Positions 24,573-37,800 of a stretch of 64,000 bases of DNA are shown piece after piece. Position 1 is the stretch's first letter, and each line of letters starts with the position of its first letter. Below the pieces are notes generated by a model that did no database searches, had not been told where the DNA came from, and worked only from the letters and a program-made list of their open reading frames with translations. The position numbers and the translations under genes are program-made. The stretch comes from Vitrella brassicaformis CCMP3155 (taxonomy: Eukaryota; Protista; Chromerida), in contig CDMY01000117.1 in assembly GCA_001179505.1 (NCBI GenBank), forward strand, positions 62,001 through 126,000. Direction: 5' to 3'.

Positions 24573-25150
24573 TCGTGGCCCTCCCATGCCCATTCTCGAG
24601 TGGCTCCGGGCTGGCTGGGCGGCCGGATGAGCGAATTAGGCCGACGAGCACTCCACAGGGCCAAAGCGCTCCCTTGCGTCCCAACGATGCCTCTCCGCAC
24701 TTCCGGACCTCTTCTTCCCCTCCCTCTCCAAAAGATCGAAGGTCGAGATGCGAGCTGAAGGGGAGCTTTGAAGTTTTTCTTTCATCGCGTGAGCTCTGCA
24801 CGCATCATTTGAAGCCAACAATGGGGAGACGAGTCAGAAAGAAGGCCAAAACCGCCTCCCCCACCGGGAGATGCCCCTCCCCCAGAAGGAAGCAGCGAGC
24901 GTCAGGGAAGGGCCGCAAGATCAAAGGGATCCAGAGATGCGCAAGTGAGTGTTCAGGACGTCAGTCGCCACACACATGTCCATAGCGCACAGACACACAC
25001 GCAGCCATCGGATCAGTGAGTCCATCAGTGAGTCCGTCCGTCAGAGACGCCACAAATACCCCATCCTATGGCTGACTGCACACGTACAGTACATGTGGTG
25101 TGTGTGCTCTGCTGTGCTGTGCTGTGCTGTGCTGTGCTGTGCGTTGGCGG

Positions 25151-27024
25151 TTATGTGCTCGCGTCGCCCTGGGCAGCCAGGAAGGCGTGGAAGGTCTGAA
25201 TGAAGCGATACAACGGACAGACAGGAAACACACGTAGCTGGCTGGGGTGGGTGTTGCAGTCTTCATGTGTGTGGACGGACCTGTATCGATGTCTGGTAGG
25301 ACTGGAACGATGAGAGGTCCTGGGGCACCTCACACGCCTACACACACCACACCACACCACACACACACATCCAGGTGTGAATGGCTCGACTGCCCCATGC
25401 CGTGCACTCACTGCTGACTGACTGACTGACTGAGTGCCTGACCTCGTGAAGGCCCTGTGAGATCTGTCCCATCGATGACGCCATTCTCGACACAATGGCA
25501 TCCAGATGAGCCAGCTCCTGTGGGGGATACGTCTGCAGGCAAGGCAAGCACATCACAAGTCTGTCATAGAAGCGATTGGGCTGGGCGAGGAGTGCAGAGC
25601 AGACACAAGACAAGTACGTCTAAGTGTACACACTCTCACAGCCTGCACAGCCTCGTCGACCCGGGCAGCCACATCCTCGCAGTGGCGCCCCAGCTGCTCC
25701 AGCTGCTGCACTCGGTCGCCGTCACAAGACCCCTCGGCAGTCACGCCCTTGGTCAGCGCATGAAGCGTTTCTGAGACCCACACGAGGGGGATGGCATGGG
25801 TGTGGATCAGGCTATGCTGGTTGCACATACGTACCTTTCAGGAGTTCTCGTGTCGACGTCAGCAGCTCGGCCACCTTCTCCGCCACATCACTGCAACCAG
25901 CCAGCAGACAGACAGACAGACCGACAGATGGATGCACGTCGACTCGATCTCACTCCCTCCCTCCTCGTACAGCTGTTGTGGTGTCATCGTGTCTTCCTCC
26001 ATCATGTCATCACAACTGTCCAGCTCGGCATCGTCCGACCCGTTCCCGGCCTCCCCGCCCTCCTCGTGGCTGTTCATGTCGTCCTCGCCGCCCTGCTGGC
26101 CGTTGCCCTCCAGCTCTCGCTGCCGTGACACCTCGCCCATGAGCTCTCGCTGGGCGTCCTTGACGGTGGCGAAACACGACAGGATGTGACGCTTGACCGA
26201 CACGGAGTTGTTCAGGGGGACCTTTGTCAGCTTCTTGCACCGATCCAGCACCACACCCACTGACTCAACACACCACACCCAGGCAGGCAGAACCAAAGAA
26301 ATAGAGCGAATGAGTGAGTCGTCTGCTTGAGCCGCACGCACCTACCTGCCACGGCGATCTTTCTATTCCGATCAGGGGTGCTGTCGAGGTCCGTCTGCTG
26401 CTCGGCGATGCCGATCAAGTCCTGACCAATGCGATGGAATGCACTCTTGTATCCCAATCAATGAGTGTGCGCTGCGCCCCTTCTCTGCCGTGCACCACAG
26501 CACACCGCACCACCCGCACCTGTATGGCTGATGTGAGGCTTCCACCCCAGGTTTGCAGATCGTCAGAGAGCGTTGGGCCGGCATTGGCGGAGTCACGAAT
26601 GGCAGACAGAGTGGCCAAGACGGCCATATAGACGTCGAACAGGCTGTCCCTCGCTGGCAGCAGCGACGCCAGCTCAGAAAGAGGCGTCGTGCACAGGGCA
26701 GCACCGAACTGATCGGTCACCACACACGAACAGAGCACAGATCACTGCGTGTCCTGGAATGCTCGAGACCTGTCACCTTTGCCATTTCATGTTCGAATCG
26801 TTGGAGGACGCGCTGGATGTCCGCCGGCTGGACGAACTCAGACGGGCCGTGGTGGCCGCCGTGCAGCAGCATGGGAGGGCTCAAACGCTGCACAAGCAGA
26901 TGACCACATGAATGAAGGAGAGCTTGACGCCCTGCATCCCACCCATCTGTGTGATCTCTCGTGCGATCTGCTCATCACATGCCTGCCGCACATCCTCCCA
27001 CAGGTGCTGGAACGGGCCGTACAT
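25151..27024 (-). CDS. GCIP / cyclin-D1-binding protein 1 (CCNDBP1)-like helical protein
   Basis: CKKLTKVPLNN...FATVKDAQREL, an acidic tract, and later VDEAVQAV|YPPQE resemble the GCIP family pattern as recalled. 5' end uncertain. Confidence 0.6.
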
Positions 27025-28353
27025 CAAACGCGCCAAGCAAGCCTCACAGTGGAAGATGCATATCGTGTCATTTGAGATGCATCAATGCGACGTGCATGGC
27101 AACGCATGGGAACACTCTTGCATGAGGACGGCCATGAAGCTCGCCGTGTATTTCTTCGCGGCCGTGAAATCTCGACATCGAAGAGCAGTGAATGGCGTTG
27201 ACGAAAAAACACAGATATCCAATCGGTTGCTTGTCCGCTCATGCACCGTAACATCACAACGGCACGACTGCACACGCACGTCAGCCACACATTCTCACAG
27301 ACAGACAAGCAGACAGACTCACGCGCTCACAAATGCATCACACATCCGGGGAGCTATCGACAACATGGTGGGCAAATAGCAGTGGGTAGGTACTGTTGTA
27401 AAGGACGGGTTGGTGCACAGCACACCGACATACCTTAAACACACCCTCTCTCTCTCTCTCTCCTGTCTATGTCTGCAGGTCGCCCGCCCCGATTGGTCCC
27501 CTTCCCATCGTCTCTGCTGGTGGTTGGTGTGAGTGTGGGTGTGGTTGGGTAGACGGGTCGCCTTCTAAAACAGCTAATTTCGTGTCTGAATTGCGTGCTC
27601 GAGTACGCACCACAGATGCAAGCATCCCCCATCGCCACGCATGCTTCCTTCCCCCCCACGAGCAGCAGTGGCGTGTCCAAAAACCGTGAACACACTACGA
27701 CTGACTGACGCTGGCTGGCTGGCTGCCCGCCCGCCAACCGACTAGACGCACTCTCCACCCACCCACCACCCTCACACGCATGCATTTCAACACGTCAGTC
27801 ACGCCTGTACATCACATCCGCCGGCCGGTCCGTCCAATCCAAGCCAGGCAGTGACACGACAAAGAGACATCCATCCCATCCACCCCCCCCTCATCCCCCC
27901 CACCCAACTCGCCAAACCCACAACACCGAACACCCTCACCCTCACCCATCAGTGGAAACAAACGTGGATGGGATGGCTCCTCTCGCTGGCTGGCGATCTG
28001 ATGTACTCACGGACTCACAGGTGACTGACTTTGACTGACGTGCATACAGAGCAGAGCAGACACTGCGAAGCTTCACTTCGCAGGCCCTGACCAGTCAGTC
28101 ACCTGCCTGCCCTCATCGTGGCTGGCGGGCTACCTACCGAGAAAACAGAATGCCATGCCCGACTGCCCGCCTGGCTGGCTGGAAAAGGGGGTGGCACCAC
28201 ACACACACACACGCACACACACACACACACGCAGACAGTAAGTAGTCAGTCACCCGATCCGATGAGGGAGGGATACATACGCACACGCGCATCGACCGTT
28301 TTGCTACAGGCAGACACACGCCTGTCGGTCTGTCTGTCGGTCTTTCTCTTTGT

Positions 28354-29951
28354 CTATGCGGCGGCCGTCTGTGTGGCGGCGGCTGGTGCCGATTTCGCCA
28401 TGGCCTTGGCCGTCTTCTTCTCGGCCTCCTTCATCAACACCTTGCTCCAATCTGAGCGCACCACCGGCATAACACAGCAACTTGACTCTGTGTGTGCGGG
28501 TACCCATCATGTGATCATGCGATCGTGCGAAGAAGCTGTCTTCATTCAAGTACCTACCCGTGTTATAATTGGCCTCGACCTCGGCCTTCATCTTCTTGAT
28601 CGCCTCAGCAGGATTCAAACCTGCACACCACACCCACCGCACACCGATATTCACCTCACCGTCAATCAAATTCCGTGTGTTTCTGCTGTGGCGTGTGTAC
28701 CCTTTGGGCAGCAGACGGTGCAGTTCATGATCCCGTGGCACCTGTAGAGCTTCATGGTGTCGTTGATGGCCGCCAACCGCTCAGTCGTGTACTCGTCACG
28801 GCTGTCTGCTATCCACCGATAGGCCTGCACTCACACACACGCACACACACACACTCACACACACGTCACGGGTGTTCGAGTGACCTGTCTGACCACCCCG
28901 GTCGGTCAGTCAGTCTGCACAACTCAATTCGTGTGTGTGTGTGTGTGTGAGTGATTGCCTGACCTGCATGAGTACGGCGGGTCCGAGGTAGTAGTCGGGG
29001 TTCCACCAGTAGGAGGGGCATGACGTCGAGCAACACGCACACAAGATGCACTGCAGACACACACGGGGTGGCAACGGAGGGAGGGAAGGGCAAGACACAA
29101 CACAACCAGTGAGACCAAGAAAACCAACAGTGATTGATGGTCGAGTCGACCCACCCACCTCGTACATGCCGTCGAGCTTGGCTCTGTCCTCCTTCGACTG
29201 CAGATACTCCTTCTGGCCAGGCGCCTGACCCAACACCACATCACATCACACACCACACACATCCGTTAGCCACCCCACCGCCCAACACCCTACTACCTAC
29301 CTTTGGGGTCTTGCGCTTGAGCCACGGTTCGATGCTCTTGTACTGGTTGTAGAAGTTGGTCATGTCGGGCACCAGGTCCTTGAGCACATACATGTGGGGC
29401 AGCGGCTGCACCTCGATGGGCGAAGGGCCCTGCGGGATGGCCGTGAGGCAGGCCAGGCCGTTCTTGCCGTTGATGTTCATGGCGCACGACCCGCAGATGC
29501 CCTCGCGGCAGCTGCGGCGGAAGGTCAGGGACGGGTCGACGTCGTCCTTGATCTTGACCACCGCGTCCAGCATCATCGGGCCGCACGTGTTGAGGTCCAG
29601 CGTGTACTCCTGCATCTTCGGCCGCTTGTCAGTCTCGGGGTCATACCTGCCAGGTGGGGGGGATCACCACACACACAGAACGAGAAGGGACACATGTGAT
29701 GGGATGGTTCCCCTGTCCTCCTCTGTCAATGCTCTGTTCCAGCTCTATGTGGCTGGCTGCAGCCAGGGAGGCAGGAAGGCATCTCTGCTCTCTCTGCGTG
29801 TGTGCGTGTGTGTTCGCGTGTCTTACCGGAAGATTTTGAACTTCTGCAGCCTGGGTGTCTTCGTAGCGACGGCCGTCGCGAACGGGCGAGCAGCCTGAGC
29901 CACCACCTGACCTCCCAGGGCAGCCAGCGGACGCGCACCTCTCGTCAACAT
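28354..29951 (-). CDS. SDHB: Succinate dehydrogenase iron-sulfur subunit (mitochondrial)
   Basis: Mitochondrial leader [14 protein letters not shown]...; [13 protein letters not shown]; [17 protein letters not shown]; [15 protein letters not shown]|GLNPA. Confidence 0.98.
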
Positions 29952-30155
29952 CCTCAACACCACCTCAAACAACACAAAACAGCCTGCTCACGGCTCTCAC
30001 TCAAAAGTCAGCGGAACAGCCTATTGCGTGGCCAAGGCACGTTTGGTTCTATCCTTGTTTCCTCAAAGAGACAGCCTGCGAGCTTAGCGATCCACTGAGA
30101 CACTGATGAGAGCAGGAGGAGAAAACGAAAAGGGCTGAAGGAGCACACAACGAAG

Positions 30156-30468
30156 ATGGGCGACGTGCCTGGTGAGGGTGCAATGGATGGCCCTGCGTCT
30201 GCATCTGCATCTGGTGGTGGGAAGGTGGAGGGCATTGACGGCCTGGCGTACAATGGTGGCGAGGAGAGCCTGGCAAGCTACGACTTGAGCCAGAGGATGT
30301 GCCCCTACTGGGACATCCACATGATCTTCCCCCTCATATCCTTCCTCGAAGAGCTGGAGGTAGGTACCTGTAGGCAGATCTGCACGCCATCGATGGGTCT
30401 GTCTGTCTGCCTGCCTGTCTGTCTGCATTCACCTCACCTGTCATCTCTCTCTCTCCCTCCCTCCCTCC

Positions 30469-30513
<45 letters not shown>

Positions 30514-32443
30514 GGTCAGTTGTATCCGCCCGAGCACCTGGCTCGCGTCAAGATCCAGCTGCTGGAGAAGACCGACATGATGGACTACCTCGAGGAGGTC
30601 GCTGCCGAACAGGGCATCGAAAAGAAATCCGGTGCGGCTGCGGCAGGACGACACCTCAGCCACCCAGACACACACACCCACACACACACACACAGACGAG
30701 CTGTGTTGAGTGCATCTGTGTGAGCTGTGTCCGTGTGTGTGTGTGTGCAGAGTGGGATGTGCGTCGCGATGAGGTGTTTCAGCACCTGGAAGAGTACGAG
30801 GCCGAAACAGCCGGCTTCGTCGAATCACTGTCCAAGTACAACCTCGACAGGCAGCAACAGGTCGGTCGGTGTCGTCCGACACACGACACACAGACTCACC
30901 CACCCCACACAGACAGGTGGCCCACGGGTGTGTGTGCATTGTGTTGTAGGATCGTGACGACGACGGCTCGCCCAGCGGCCGCACATCCGTCGCTGAGCTC
31001 CACAACAAGTACAAGGACACCGAGAACTTCAGAGAGGTGAGCGATGCACGTCACGAGCACCACAACGGAGGAAGGGATGAAGGTCATGGTCAGTCGGTCA
31101 GTCAGTCAGTCAAGGGTTGTCTGTCGTGCGTGCATCGATTGCATCAGTTTCCCTTGGATGCCGACGAGCGTCTGCTCAAGTACGCCAAGGTCCTCTTCAA
31201 GACTGGCAACTACATGAACGCCGCCTACCACCTCTCCATCTACCTCGAGGGCGTCTGGTGGGGAATCAAACACAACACAACACAACACAACACACTCACT
31301 CATCGATGGCATCATCTCCCCTGCCTGGCTGCCTGCCTGCCTGCCTGGCTGCGTCCCCTGCAGCGAGCTGACCGTTGAGGGCGCTCATTTCGACAAGCGG
31401 CTCAACTGCCTGTGGGGCACCCTGGCCAGCTGCATCCTCAACAGCGTGCAGGCCCAGCAGGACCTCAACGAGATGATAGAGGAGGCGGGCGGCATGAACG
31501 GCTACCAGCTGGATGAGAACCACCCCCTGCGGACATACGGCCCCGAGCAGTCCGCCACACGCATTCTCGAGATCGACTCACTCCTCGAACAGCCCACCAC
31601 CAAGGCAATCTTGAAATCGCCGTAGATGAGATCTAGAGCGACGCATTCGCGGCACCTGCCTCTTTGTGTGTGTGTGTGGCTCATGCAGTTGGGGAAGCGT
31701 GAGGCGCGACTGCAGCGAGCATGGCTGCTGCACTGGACGATATGGCCGCTGTTTCTGTTTTTCCTCAACCCGTCTTTCATGGACACGCAGCGGCCCGAGG
31801 ACCGATCGCAGCTCAACGACAAGAAGAACAGACTGCTCGACTTCTTCTTTCATGAGAAGTAAGGGCTCACTCGGCTCGGGTGGTGGCTCTGACTGGCTTA
31901 GTGGAGGGAGCAACAGCCAGCCACAGACAGACACGGACACAGACAGGGAGGAGAGGAAGGCCATGGTGTGTGTGAATGTGTGTGTGTGTGTGTGTGTGTG
32001 TGACGTGGAGCCAGGAACCTGGTGACGACTCAGCTGCTGTGTCCCCATCTGTTCCGCTACTATGCCGTGTGCATCATTCTGCTCAAGAGACGGAAAGAGC
32101 TGCAATCCGTCCTGCAGGTAAGGAAACACACACAGACAGACACACAGACGGAGGCGTGGCATGGCATGGCATGGCAGCATTTGATGGGATGGAGGGGTGT
32201 GTGTGTGTGTGTGATTGTGTTGTGCACTCACTGCAGGGGATATCCCAGGTGTGTCACAAGATCTCCGACCCGTTCACGTCGCTGCTCTGTGCGGTCTTCA
32301 ACGACCTCGACTTCGACATGGCCAGATACCACCTCCAGAGGTGCAACGAGGTAACGCACCGTACCAAACCCACCCAAATGGCCACATAGCGTAGACACAG
32401 ACACACACACCTGACTGTCAGTCCATCGCTATCACATCGATCT

Positions 32444-32474
<31 letters not shown>

Positions 32475-33250
32475 AGCAGGCGGCGCGTGTGGATTACTTC
32501 CTGCAGCCGTTCAGGAGTGCGCTGGAGGAGGCGTCTCGCCTCACCATCTTTGAGACCTACTGCTCCATCCACTCGGCCATCGACCTAGAGTGAGTGAATC
32601 AGTGAGTGAGTGAGTCTGCCATCAGTTGACCCCTGACACACTGGGTGCACTGTGTGTGTGTCGGTGTGCTGTGCGCCTGTCTGCCTGTCTGCCTGTCTGT
32701 CTGCCTGTCTGTGTGTGTGATGACCGACCCACCAGGGTGATAGCTCAGAAGCTGAATATGCGGTCCGAGGAGGCCGAGCGGTGGATCGTCAACCTCATCC
32801 GCACCGCCAAACTCGGTGGGTCGGTCAGCCACTCAGCCACTCAGCCAGGCTGGCCACACCCACCCATCCCCCCCCACACACACACCCCCACACACATCAA
32901 CAACCACAGGGTCACCACTGTCTGAGGGGTGTGTGTGTGTGTGTGTGTGCTGCAGACGCCAAGATCGACAGCGAGAAGAACCGGGTGGTCATCTCGGCTC
33001 AGATACCCGACGTCTACCAACAGGTCAGTCAGTTCAATGAACTGAAGGGCAGGGCGGGCCAGGCGGGCATTCAATGCAGCCCAGCCAAAATGGTGTGATG
33101 TGATCTATGTGATCCATGTGATGGGCTGCTTGCCTTGCCTTGGTTGCTGCGGTGCAGGTGGTAGAGAAGACGAAGCAGCTGATGATCAAGTCCCAGTACC
33201 TGGTGCGACTCAAGGCACGAGAGGACCGCGACAGGGCCGACAGAGACTGA
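30156..33250 (+). CDS. EIF3E: Eukaryotic translation initiation factor 3 subunit E (PCI domain)
   Basis: YDLSQRM...HMIFPLISFL; RAWLLHW; CPHLFRY; DPFTSLL...DLDFDMA; IFETYCSIH; EAERWIVNLIRTAKL|DAKIDS; VVEKTK. Confidence 0.95.
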
Positions 33251-33907
33251 CCAACTGACTGACGGCCTTGTGGTGGGAGTGGAGTGAGGAGCCTGGCCTG
33301 CCTCGCCCCCATGCGTCCCTCTGTCTGTCTGGAAGGATTTTAAGCTGACTGAATGTGTGTGTCAATGGATCGGACTGACTGACGCGCTGACACGTCGTGT
33401 GGCTGCAACGGAATGATTTGGGTGGCCTCTAGATCTAGATTCGTTGCATGATCGTTCGATAGATACGCTGTCCTCCCCTGCCGTCCCCTCCCTCTCCCTC
33501 TAGCTAGGTCACTCACTCATCCGCCACTGGCCTCGCCTTCGCCTTCGCTGCCCCCACTCGCTGGAATCCACTCATCGCGCAGAGCCTGTCTCTCTATCTG
33601 CGGCAAATGGAATGCAGTGGAGCAGCACAGGCGGGGCAGGCAGGCAGGCAGCTGGCTTGGCTAGCTACGGGGGGGTGGTGTCTCCCCTGGGGCTGAATTA
33701 GCAGACACACATACACGCACACACACACACGCACTCTCTCTCTCTCTCTTTCTCTTTCTCACGCAAACATGTACGCCTAAACCACCACGGTCGACATCCA
33801 TCCATCCAGCCACGCGGCTTCTTCAACAACCAGCGGCTAGCTACGTCTCCCCTCCCCTCCCTCTAAATCTGTCTGTCTGTCTGTCTGTCTGATTCGGATC
33901 ACTCCTC

Positions 33908-34781
33908 CTACTTGTGAGGCGTCTTGGGTGTGTTCTTGGGCGGTGTTTTCGGTGGCGTCTTGGGCGGCGTCTTGGGCGGTCTGAGCGGCGGGCCGTGGTC
34001 GAGGAACCCCCCTTCCTTGAGCTTCGACACCGCCTGCGGCTTCTGGTACGGCTGATACTGATACTGCTGATGCTGCTGGTGCTGGTGGCAGTGGGGGCCC
34101 TTCTTCGATACGCCTGGAGGGGTGAGGCCCGACAGCTGCTGCTGATGGTGGTGGTGTTGGGGGTAGAAGTGCTTGCCGGGGGTGCCCCCTCCCACTGCTG
34201 CTGCTGCGGCCGCCGCTGCTGCTGCTGCCATGGGCACACGGCCGCCAGCATTGCCCGAAGCCTCGGCACCAGCCGGAGCGAAAGGCACCTGGTGAGATGG
34301 GGCAACGGAGTGAGTGAGGGAGGGAGGGAGGGAGACACACGTCTAGGTGGGGGGGAAATACCGGGTTGGGCGGTTTGGCGTTATGTCGTTTGGGTGGTGG
34401 TGTGTCGAAGAGCATGTCCGAGACGTCCAGCTTGTGGATGCACGCCTTGCGATAGCAACGCACCTCATCTATCGTCAACCTGCACCCAACGCACAGCACA
34501 GCGGACCATCCAGCCACCCAACGGTCAGTCCGTCTGTGCGCATCCGTCTCGCCGCTCCCTCCCTCCCTCCCTCCCTCACTTGTCGCGGCCCTTCCAGACG
34601 GCCGACGAGCGTCTGGGCCGCTCGAGGGCGTTGGGGCGGCTCTGCGCCGCGTACATGTGCGCGTGGCTCTGCAACATCGCTGATGGATGGATCAATCAAC
34701 CAACGGAACGAACCAGCAAACATACTTGTGAGGCCTCTGATGGTGTGGGGGTCTGTCCGTTCGGCTGGCTGGCTGGCTGGC

Positions 34782-34813
<32 letters not shown>

Positions 34814-37800
34814 TACTCTTGAGGTTGACGACGGGCAGCCCGATGCCGAAAATGGTGTCGGGGTCCCAGTCGAGCTGCCGCCGACACTCCCCACGCCACC
34901 GTTTCCCCTTTGCCCTGACGCACACAGAGAGAGAGGGGGGAGGGGGACGGGAGGGAGGGAGGGAGGGAGGGAGGGGCACACACACATTACAGGGACAGAC
35001 AGATATACACACGCATTGATTGCAACATTTGTGGAGTCAGTCATTGTGTTGGGTGTGTGGTGGCAGGCGTGGCGCACCAGGCAGGTACGAACTTCTTGGA
35101 GCGCTCCTGCTCGGCCTTATCCTCGTCATAGTCAGGACTGACACAAACACATACACATACACACACCACAGACAGACAGGCAGACATGCCCACACACCGT
35201 CCCTCCGCCCTGGCTGGCCTCTGCTCTCTGGTCGCTTGCTTACGCCTCATTGTCGGTGAGTTCATAGTTGTCGTCATCCTCCTTCTTCTTGAGCGACTTG
35301 AACAGACCCTTGCGCCGCTGCCGCGTCAGGCTGTCCAGCGCATGATGCCCACCTCCACCCGCACTGGCCACCCTGTCGGGGCTCTTCCACGGGATGTGCT
35401 GCCCATGGCGGTCATCGCCTTGGTTGAGGGGGGTTCCGTACTGGCCGTTGGGCATGACGCTCTGGCCGCCCTGGAAGTAGTCACGGTGGTAGTCTGAGGG
35501 GTTGCGGGGGTCGCGCGCTAGGGAGTCGATCGCCTGGGCACACACATGGATGGATGGACACTTGGTGTGCGTCTCATGTGTGTGTGTGTGTGTGTGCGTG
35601 TGCGTACCTTTTGCTGGTCGAATGTGGCTGCTACGTCTACGCCAGGTGTGGGTCCGTTGGGGGGGTGGAGGTCGAATTCGCTCTCGTCGTCGTCGTCGGC
35701 AAACTCGTCCTCGGCCAGCTCGTCGTCGACTGACCGGGCGTACTCGTCGTCGTCCTCCTCCTCTCCATCTTCCTCCTCGTCACCCTCACCCTCCTCCTCA
35801 TCGTCTGGATCAACCAACACACACCACCATGGTATATGGGAGTGTGTGTGGGGGTGAGGGGGGGAGGGGACCTTGGTCCTCGTCTTGTTCGTCGTCGGCC
35901 TCCTCCTCCTCATCTTCCTCCTGGTTGTCCAGACAAGGACACATGAGAGGGGTGTGGGGTGTGGCAGGGTGCGGTGAATGTGTGTGTTGGTTGTGTTGTG
36001 GTCACCTCTTGCTCCTCTCCTCCATCCTCGTCGCCCATCTCGTCCTCATCCTAACACACACACACACACCCCAATGGTCCCTCCCTCCCTCCCTCCCAAT
36101 GTGATTGTGTCGGTTGTTTGGTGGCTGGCTGGCTGTCTTGTGTTGTGTTGTCTCTGTACCGCACCTCCTGGGCTACAGGCTCCATGTCCTCGTCCTCGTC
36201 CTCACCCTCAGGAAACGACTGACCACACACACAGGCAGAGAGAGAGAGAGAGAGAGACGCACACATGAATGCCCCCGGCCCCTCCCTCCCTCCCTCCCTC
36301 CCTCTCTCTGTTGGTATAGTGTGGTGTGGCCGTCACGTCACTTACGCTCTCAGCGTTCGATTTCTCCTCCTTCTTGACCTTCGCATCGGCAGCACCGCTA
36401 GCTACACCTCCTGACAGACCGACAGAAACACAACACAGACACAGACACAGATGCGATGGCCCCCCCCCCCCCCCCCCCCTGCNNNNNNNNNNNNNNNNNN
36501 NNNNNNNNNNNNNNNNNNNNNNNNNNNNNNNNNNNNNNNNNNNNNNNNNNNNNNNNNNNNNNNNNNNNNNNNNNNNNNNNNNNNNNNNNNNNNNNNNNNN
36601 NNNNNNNNNNNNNNNNNNNNNNNNNNNNNNNNNNNNNNNNNNNNNNNNNNNNNNNNNNNNNNNNNNNNNNNNNNNNNNNNNNNNNNNNNNNNNNNNNNNN
36701 NNNNNNNNNNNNNNNNNNNNNNNNNNNNNNNNNNNNNNNNNNNNNNNNNNNNNNNNNNNNNNNNNNNNNNNNNNNNNNNNNNTCACCTCCAGCAGCGGCC
36801 GCGGCAGCGGCGGCCGCACACGCCGGCTCAGGGGGCGGGACGTAGTCGCCCCTGCCATGACGCGTCAGGCCCCCCACAGCCCCCAGATTGGGGGGAGGTG
36901 CGAAGTCGGCCGGTGTGGCGGGTGGGGGAGGGAGGGGTCCGCCCGTCCCCTGTGGCGGCTTGAGTGCTGGCTTCTTCTTCTTCGCGACGGGCGACAGCTC
37001 GCCCACGTACTGGTAGCTGTCGCCTCGACCCAGGCCGCGGTAGGGGGCACTGGACTCGGATGCCTCTGCTGCCGCTGCTGGTGGGGCTGCTGGTGGTTGG
37101 ACGGCGCTGTCCTCTTTCTGGTCCATGTCGATGTCCTTGCGACGATGCTCGGACCGCTGCTGGGCTACGTCATCTGCATCAATCATCAGGTGGTGTGGGT
37201 CGATTGGAGTCTAGCGGTGTCTGTGTGGTACCTGTGTTGTCCTTCTGAGATGCCAACGGTGGGCTGATGGACTCCTTCTGGCGATCTGCACACACACACG
37301 CACACAGCCACATGTCAGTGTGTTGCCATTGATTCGTTCAATGCCCTCCCTCACTCAGCTCACCGTCAGGTTGCAGCAGCTCGTCCTCCCCGGTCCCAAA
37401 CACAGCCGTCGGGCGCCTCTCATCCACACACGCCAGCCGGCCTCCCCCGCCCCCATCCATACCGTCATCCCCCTCACCCTCGCCACCCATCAAGTACCCG
37501 CCGAACCCCGGCGAAAGCGACGCGGCCCCGCTGTGCTGCCCAGCGATCGGCTCCCGCGATGGCGGCCTGCCGAGGGCATCGAGCGCTGCCGCGTCGTCCC
37601 CCACACCCATACCCATGCCAAAATCCATGTCTATGTCTTCTCCCGATGCGCGGCGGACATCCCGCGACATGGCGGTCTCGAAGGCCGCATCCTCGTCCTG
37701 GGTGTGTGCCTGGAGGGCGAAGGAGGGCGGGGAGGGACCGATGGCGGCTGCTGCCGCCGCTGATGCTGCCGGTGGTGATGCGTGTGCCTCCTCCTGGATC

